Shown here piece by piece: positions 55,637 through 64,000 of a DNA stretch of 64,000 nt. Below the pieces are notes generated by a model. That model searched no databases and was not told the origin of the DNA. It saw only the letters and a program-made list of their open reading frames with translations. The translations under genes and the position numbers were made by a program. How positions within the stretch are numbered: the first letter of the stretch is position 1; each line of letters opens with the position of its first letter. Origin of the DNA: Octopus sinensis (Eukaryota); the NCBI RefSeq assembly GCF_006345805.1, contig NC_043013.1, forward strand, positions 10,912,001-10,976,000. Direction: 5' to 3'.

Positions 55637-56045
55637 GTTGTTTGACCTTAAGCAGTTGACCATTTCCCTTAGTGGCTGACGATATGTGCATCTCTGATCA
55701 CGAGCAGAAGTAGTGGGGGAGCATCATAGCTGGGTGTTGAGAGGGATTTTTGGGGTTTGAATAATTCACCTCTGGAAACATGGGTGGTTCTTTCAACATC
55801 CTTAAACAACCCTTATTCAGGGACCTTTTGAGCGGGATGGGGTACTCAACCTGAAGAAAATTCTAACTGGGCCCCACCTGCAAGGTCGTGTGCTGTTTAT
55901 CTTGATAGATCACCATGTCGCGCACATATGGTTGTGATGCATGTGCCTGGTGTACCCTTATCAGACGGGTAGTCATGATGGGTATACTGGGCTTCGTATA
56001 TTTTACCCCAGTGTCACTTTGATGGCATGAACTGCTCTCTCACTC
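55637..56045 (+). mobile_element. Repeat family D inside (TAA)n
   Basis: (AAT)n on both sides; homologous to the copies at 13670 and 58232. Confidence 0.85.
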
Positions 56046-56071
56046 AATAATAATAATAATAATAATAATAA

Positions 56072-56608
56072 TTCTTATATTAGCCTCTAAGTCTCACATT
56101 AAACAACATTAAATGACATGCAACAACGTAAAATACAAAAACAGGACGATACAATGGGTTTTTACAGCGTGTAATCAATTTTTATAACAGTAACAAATTA
56201 AACAAATTAAAACTCCCAGTAGGGGAAGCGATTTAAGGTCCTTGTGGAAAACCCCACAAAAGCCACAAGTGCCTGATCAATAGGGCAAGATCTCTTCTTT
56301 TATTTCTCAGAGATGTGGGCTCAGATTTGGTCCTTTCACATTGACCATTCTTCCAACATTCACGCACCTTTCAACAAACTTGCTACAAGGCAACACTTCC
56401 CCCTACACCCTCAACTTCCTTTCCAAGTGAAACTTGGAAATGTTGATGAGGGGTTGGCCAAAGAGGAAAGTATCTGTCTTTAGCCCTTTCAAGACCATAC
56501 TACTTCTTTTGCTACAGCAACTAGACAAATAAAAATTGCCTGCCCCTCTCGGTCAAAAGAGGGCGGTGGAACAATCCTCACAATGGATTCAGCTGATAGC
56601 CAGATCCG
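56072..56608 (-). mobile_element. 3' fragment of a second Tx1-like LINE
   Basis: RIWLSAESIVRIVPPPSFDREGQAIFICLVAVAKEVVW aligns with RVGLSAESIVNIVTPPSFKREGRAIFIILVAMAKECIW of the 16-kb element. The 3' UTR differs and runs into (TTA)n. Confidence 0.85.
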
Positions 56609-56623
56609 TGGGTTTATGTTGAA

Positions 56624-56703
<80 letters not shown>

Positions 56704-56711
56704 TAATAATA

Positions 56712-57030
56712 ATAGAGAAACTTTCAAAATACAAAGATCTCGAAACAGAGGTAACGCAATTGTGGAGTCTAAAACAGAAACAATTCCTATCATAAGTTCA
56801 TTGGTTATGATAAAAAAATATTCAGAAAAATACATAACAAAAACACCAGGTCTAACAAGTATATATAACATACAGAAAATACCACTACTAGGCATCTCTC
56901 CCATCCTACATAAAACACTTTTAATACATTAAGATTATGATCACCGCATAAAAAAAAAACACAGCACATACCCATGGCATACAGAGCTGCGCTCCGTAGT
57001 GCAGTGAAAGCACGCGGTGAAAATAAGTGT
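56712..57030 (+). mobile_element. 3' end of an R4/Dong-type retrotransposon following (TAA)n
   Basis: EKLSKYKDLETEVTQLWSLK, then frameshifted ETIPII...KYITKTPGLTSIYNIQKIPLLG, the RLE C-terminus. Confidence 0.8.
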
Positions 57031-58231
57031 AATGAATAATAAAATTTTGGCCTCTTAACAAGAAAAACGGGAATGAATAAAATGGCTTTCAACATATTTT
57101 CGCTTGGTCTGTAAAATCAACTACATAGAAAACATGTAAGTCATATTTCTTTCGGACATGTTATAAATTTAGATCCCAGACGGGCATTACTATTAAAGCT
57201 TTTTTTTTTCAAACAGAATCTTTGCATACGCAATAAATGTTAAAGCAAGAGAAAATATATTTTAAAGAAAAAGCTTTGAAAACAATTTAACGTAAATAAT
57301 GTTTTTAAAAATTGACACTAGGTGCCATTTGGAAATATTTTCCCCATAATCAAGCTAAAGATATTGCTCTCATTTCTATTGTCCAAGAAGAAATTGTTAA
57401 CATTGGAAGACAAACTTGCTTCAGTGTGATTGACAATACGTCAGATATTTGTGATTCACTTTAAAGACATCAGAATCATTAACCGTGGGTTTTGTTAATT
57501 TGAATCAACAATAATTTTGTTAATTTGAATTTGCATATGAAGAAGAGAACAATTAAGACAAGGAACATAAACCACAAATAAGGGAAATTTCAGCATAAGA
57601 ATTATTATACGATGTTTCGAAATTAGAAATATTCAAGAAATTAATAATAAATATCGATTCTAATATTTCACGAAACAGAAAAAAAGCGGGACGCTGGTTT
57701 TCTCTGCTGCAAGCAAGTTGCATGAAAAGAAGAGGAAAACAAAAAGATGATTTAAGTATTTTAAGGGAAATAAATTCATCAAAGATCTGTTTTCGTTTAT
57801 GTTTGCGTCAATTAAACATATTGCATTTCCAATAATTTGTTAAGTAGTAAACGTACGTAAAACAGTGTTTTATTTTGTCAAGATGATAATAGTTTGTCAA
57901 AATGATGCGTGGCATGATTTCCAGCTTCATGTTCTAAGTTTAAATACAGCAGAGGTCGATTTTGCCCTTCATACTTTCGTGGTCGATGAGGTAAGTGTAG
58001 CACTAGAATAGATGTTGTTGACTAGCTACCGCCCACCAAATCCCTTGTCTTGCGCCAATAGTAGAAATTATTACTATTATATTATTATTATTATTATTAT
58101 TATTGTTGTTGTGTTGTTGTTGTTGTTGTTGTTGTTGTTGCTATTATTATTATTATTATTAACATTATTATTATTAATATTATTATTATTATTATTATAT
58201 TATTATTATTATTATTATTATTTTTATTATT

Positions 58232-58736
58232 GAGTGAGAGAGCAGTGCATGCCATCAAAGTGACACTGGGGTAAAATATACGAAGCCCAGTATGCCCATC
58301 ATGACTCCTCGTCTGATAAGGGTACACCAGGCACATGCATCACAACCATATGTGCGTGACATGCTGATCTCATATCAAGATAAACAGCCCATGACCTTGC
58401 AGGTGGGGCCCAGTTAGAATTTTCTTCTGGTCGGGTAACCCATCCCGCTCAAAAGGTCCCTGAATAAGGGTTGTTTAAGTATGTTGAACAAAACACCCAT
58501 GTTTCCAAACCTCTAACAAACGGCTATGATGCTCCCCACTATTTTTGCTCGTGGTCAGAGATGCACATATCGTCAGTCACTAAGGGACATGGTCAACTGG
58601 TTAAGGTCGAACAACTGACAAGCAAATCTGTGGTATTGAGCAGAATATTTGCTTTCGCCCATCTTTTATACCAAGACAAAACAATGTACATAATGACACT
58701 TCCAATCAGTTAAGATCGCAAGCCATGAAAGCCACT
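58232..58736 (-). mobile_element. Repeat family D inside (TAA)n
   Basis: Longest copy, with (TTA)n on both sides. Confidence 0.85.
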
Positions 58737-59796
58737 ATCATTATTATTATTATTATTATTGAACAACATACTTCGCGGCATTTCTTCCTGCTTTACGTTC
58801 TGAGTCCAAATACCGCAGAGGCCAATTTTGATTTTCATTCATTCGGAGCAGATAAAATAAGTATCAGTTTAGAACAGGGGTCGACGTAATTGTAATGTCA
58901 TGTTCCTATTGTGGAAAAAATTGCTATTATCCTTTGAAATGCCATTAAAATATCTATTCAAATTTGGGAAGGACAATTTTGAACCGATTATAGAATTTTT
59001 CATATTAATATGTTGATTTATCTCTGTAGGTGGACAGATAGATTCCTTGATAAAAATGCAAGGATACATAAATGCAGATATATATGTATACGTGTGGGTG
59101 CATGTGTGCCGGAATAATTATGGATAGATCATTAAGAAAGATAGTAGATAGGAAAGCATCCTGTATAAACAAGACGGTTGGCACACGTAGGATTGTAGCA
59201 ATAGAGGAAAAGTTGGCAAGCCAAAAAGCATTGTTAGGTTCTAGTGAAAGAAAAGAAAGACAGCTATACGTTTTCAAATTTAAATAAAAACTTGGTCTTT
59301 ACAGTTTAAGACTTATCTAAAGAAAGAGAAAATAAATAATGCCTACAAACAATGGATCTCATTGTTAAATATTACCAAGTTTTTCTTATGAATGAATACA
59401 TCAATATACAAAAGAAATGCGTTGTTCTGCCAAGAATGAAAAAAATTGGCAACAAAAATATGTTGTTTAACAGAAGTTACGTTTTATATTGCAAATTAAC
59501 TAATTAAATATATATATGTATATTTCTCACACCATTAGCCAGATAACTTTCTACAGTCCGAGGTAGGCTAGCAAGCTGAAACTTCGAAGTCATTGCCACT
59601 TCTATTCTTGTAAGTCTATAATAAATATGTTCTCTACAAACAGCATTAAGTAGCCCTTCTGCTTAATGTTAAATAATTTCTATTATAACAAGATATAGAA
59701 ACTGACAGTAATACACACGCACGCGCACACTCACACATATGTATATGTAGATCCACCGCGAAGAGAATTTGTGTGTGAGTTGGGGGGGGGGGGAGT

Positions 59797-60183
59797 TATA
59801 TCCAAATTTAGGGAATGGAATAGGCAAAATCCAAGCTAGATATGTTTCGTAACCAGCAGAACCTCAGAAGTAATAATTATTCAACGTGGGGCACTCCGCT
59901 AGTTACTCATCAGCCGAAGATACCTAGTCAAATGAAGGTTACATTGTCGTCAAGAGATCCCATGTTATCTCGCAGGAGTTCGATTTTATGATCAAATCTC
60001 CTGCAGTTTGATATAGGGTCCCTTGATGAAAATGTAAGCTTCATTTGACTAAGATATATTTGGCCAGGTGAATAGCTATCGGAGTACCCGTCGTTGAGTA
60101 ATTACTACTTCTGAGATTCTGCTTGCTAGGAAACATATGTAGCCAGGATTTTACCTACTCCGTTTCCTAAATTTAGATTTGTA
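59797..60183. mobile_element. Old, fully palindromic ~390-bp foldback or MITE
   Basis: Arms ~59797-59984 and ~59991-60183 align over their whole length, roughly four-fifths identical by eye. Confidence 0.8.
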
Positions 60184-60962
60184 TTTGTATATAGAGCAAC
60201 CCCAGCTGCTTACTGTGAACTATAAAATAATTTTTTTAAGCTTATCGAATTTTCATATGGGAAAAATTACAACTTTCAACCTCAATAAATCATTATACTT
60301 CCGGAATAAGTTCATCGGTAGCTCTGCTGTGTCCAGACCTTTGAGTACATTACAGTTTTCGAACAATGTTAAGTAGAATTAACAGTAATCATTATGTTAA
60401 AACAAGTTGAATTGAGTGTTTCTTTATGTCTCCTATCGTGTGTACGTTACTACACACACACTGACGGAATAAAGAACCAATGAAATGTAGCAATCGTTAT
60501 CATGAAGCCACTTAAATATTTTCCTGGTTTTGGATCATATTGGAAATATTTCCTACAAATTCGTCAGCTAGCATGGATTCTCCAAATTATCGATGCAACT
60601 TTCCATCATTGAAATCTCATAATTAATACATTTATAAATAATGGTTTCAGAAGTGTATCAGGAATTTTCTTCTTTGATGCAATTTGAAATTCAAAAGCAA
60701 TTTGAAGAAACAGGAGTTAACAATCGCATTAAGTGAGAGGGACGTAAACACACCAGTATCAGTTGTCAAGCAATGTTGGAGAGACAAACGCAGAGACACA
60801 AATATATACATGCAGACATATATACATATATACATACATACATATATATATATATGTTTGTGTATATATATATATATGTATATACATATATATGTGTGTA
60901 TTTATACATATATATATATGTACGTATGTATATAAATATATATATATGTTTGTATATATATG

Positions 60963-61021
<59 letters not shown>

Positions 61022-61074
61022 AAGGTATATATATGAATGCATGTATATATAATATATATATGTGTGTGTGCGTG

Positions 61075-61112
<38 letters not shown>

Positions 61113-61889
61113 GTGTGTGTGTATGTGTGTATAATAATAGCTACAGTGCGAGTGCCGTGGTCATGCTGAGACACCACCAGCTGTTATTGCTATACATTTA
61201 TTAATTCTCGTATATTAGTTGACATTTATTGAATGAAAGACGTAGATGCCGAATCCCTCATTCCAGTTGCCTGCTGTGATGTTGGCTCATTTGGGACACT
61301 CGATTGTGAGAGATCGAACGAATTGTTCAAGACATCTATATCTATATATAAGTTCCTTTATTAAGCATTTTGCTACGATGATCACATATATAAACGTATA
61401 CTTAATAGGAATATACATGTTAATACACACACATGTATGTTAAGAAATATATATATATGATTATGTGTATATTAATATATATATATATATGTGTATATGT
61501 GTATGTATGCATGTATATATATGTATGTGTATATGCATGTATGTATTCAATATGATCAAACATTAAGGACGTGATCAACACGCTATTTTGGTGCATTAAT
61601 ATTTTTTTCATTTTTGATCATCAAAACTAATAATTGTTTCGTGGGTAAAGGATATCAAAATTTCTTCAAGTGTCCAATGAAACATGCTACCAATGGCTTG
61701 TGTTGTGATTTTTTCTTTATATTATATAATAATATCCTAGTGATATACTTGTCGTAAAGCGTTGACGAAACAATTGTGGAATTACGCAGTAAAACAAGTT
61801 TATATGTATATGCATAGACACATGCACAAACAGAAATACATTTGTAATTACGTACATATTATACATACATACATACATACATACATACA

Positions 61890-61924
<35 letters not shown>

Positions 61925-62389
61925 TTATGTATATATGAGTGTGTCTGTGTATAAATGTTCTATATATGCATCATATGTATGTGACTGTATACATGTCTAC
62001 ATATAAAGACATGTGCATTACATGTATACAGGCCATATATGCTTATATATACATATATAAATATATATGTGTAGATATGTATATATATATATATATATAT
62101 ATGTGTATATGTGTATGTATGCATGTATATATGTATATATATGCATATATATATGTGTATATATGTCTATATATACATATATATACCTTCAAACACACAC
62201 ACACACACATACATACATATATATATATACATACACACATTCACGCAAACACGCACAAACACGTAAGTACACACCTAGTCACGTAACGAAAAGTGTTATA
62301 TATTCCAAACTGACATAAATATCCATATCCACATACGTGTACATATCAAAAAAATAACCCGTCACAAACATATAACACACATGCACACA

Positions 62390-62436
<47 letters not shown>

Positions 62437-62691
62437 ACGTGCACAGTCATGCAAACACACGTGTCAACAAATATATAATAATCCAATAGTGTTTATGGCG
62501 AGAGAAATACACGTCGTTGAGCAAAACAATATTATACATAGTTATCTCTCAAAAATACTGATATAATTTTAATATGAAATTCTATAAGTGGTGAGTAAGT
62601 TTGGCAGACACATAAAATTACAAGTGATCGTAAGAGAATTATACTGGACCAAGTTTGAAATTTGATTCAGTAAATCTGGTTTAAATAGTAT

Positions 62692-62748
<57 letters not shown>

Positions 62749-62759
62749 CAGTAGTAGTT

Positions 62760-64000
<1,241 letters not shown>

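Overview
This is AT-rich, microsatellite-saturated eukaryotic DNA. The SINE families resemble those described from Octopus (inferred from recalled family features, not a database search). I can support no host protein-coding exon, and almost all supplied ORFs are translations of simple repeats, so the window is probably intergenic or intronic. It holds many tRNA-derived SINE copies, non-autonomous Helitrons, Tc1/Tc2/pogo/hAT-type MITEs, and relics of Tx1-, R4/Dong-, CR1- and mariner-type elements. Four observations stand out. (1) Several unrelated short non-coding elements, some foldback and usually next to (TA)n tracts, carry minimal hammerhead-ribozyme motifs of the Penelope-like-element type. 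(2) A full-length 5S rRNA copy is fused to a SINE 3' tail. (3) Different retroelements sit in specific microsatellites: TATC, TAA or TA. (4) SINE-in-SINE junctions recur at the same positions. Boundaries of degenerate elements were read by eye and are approximate.
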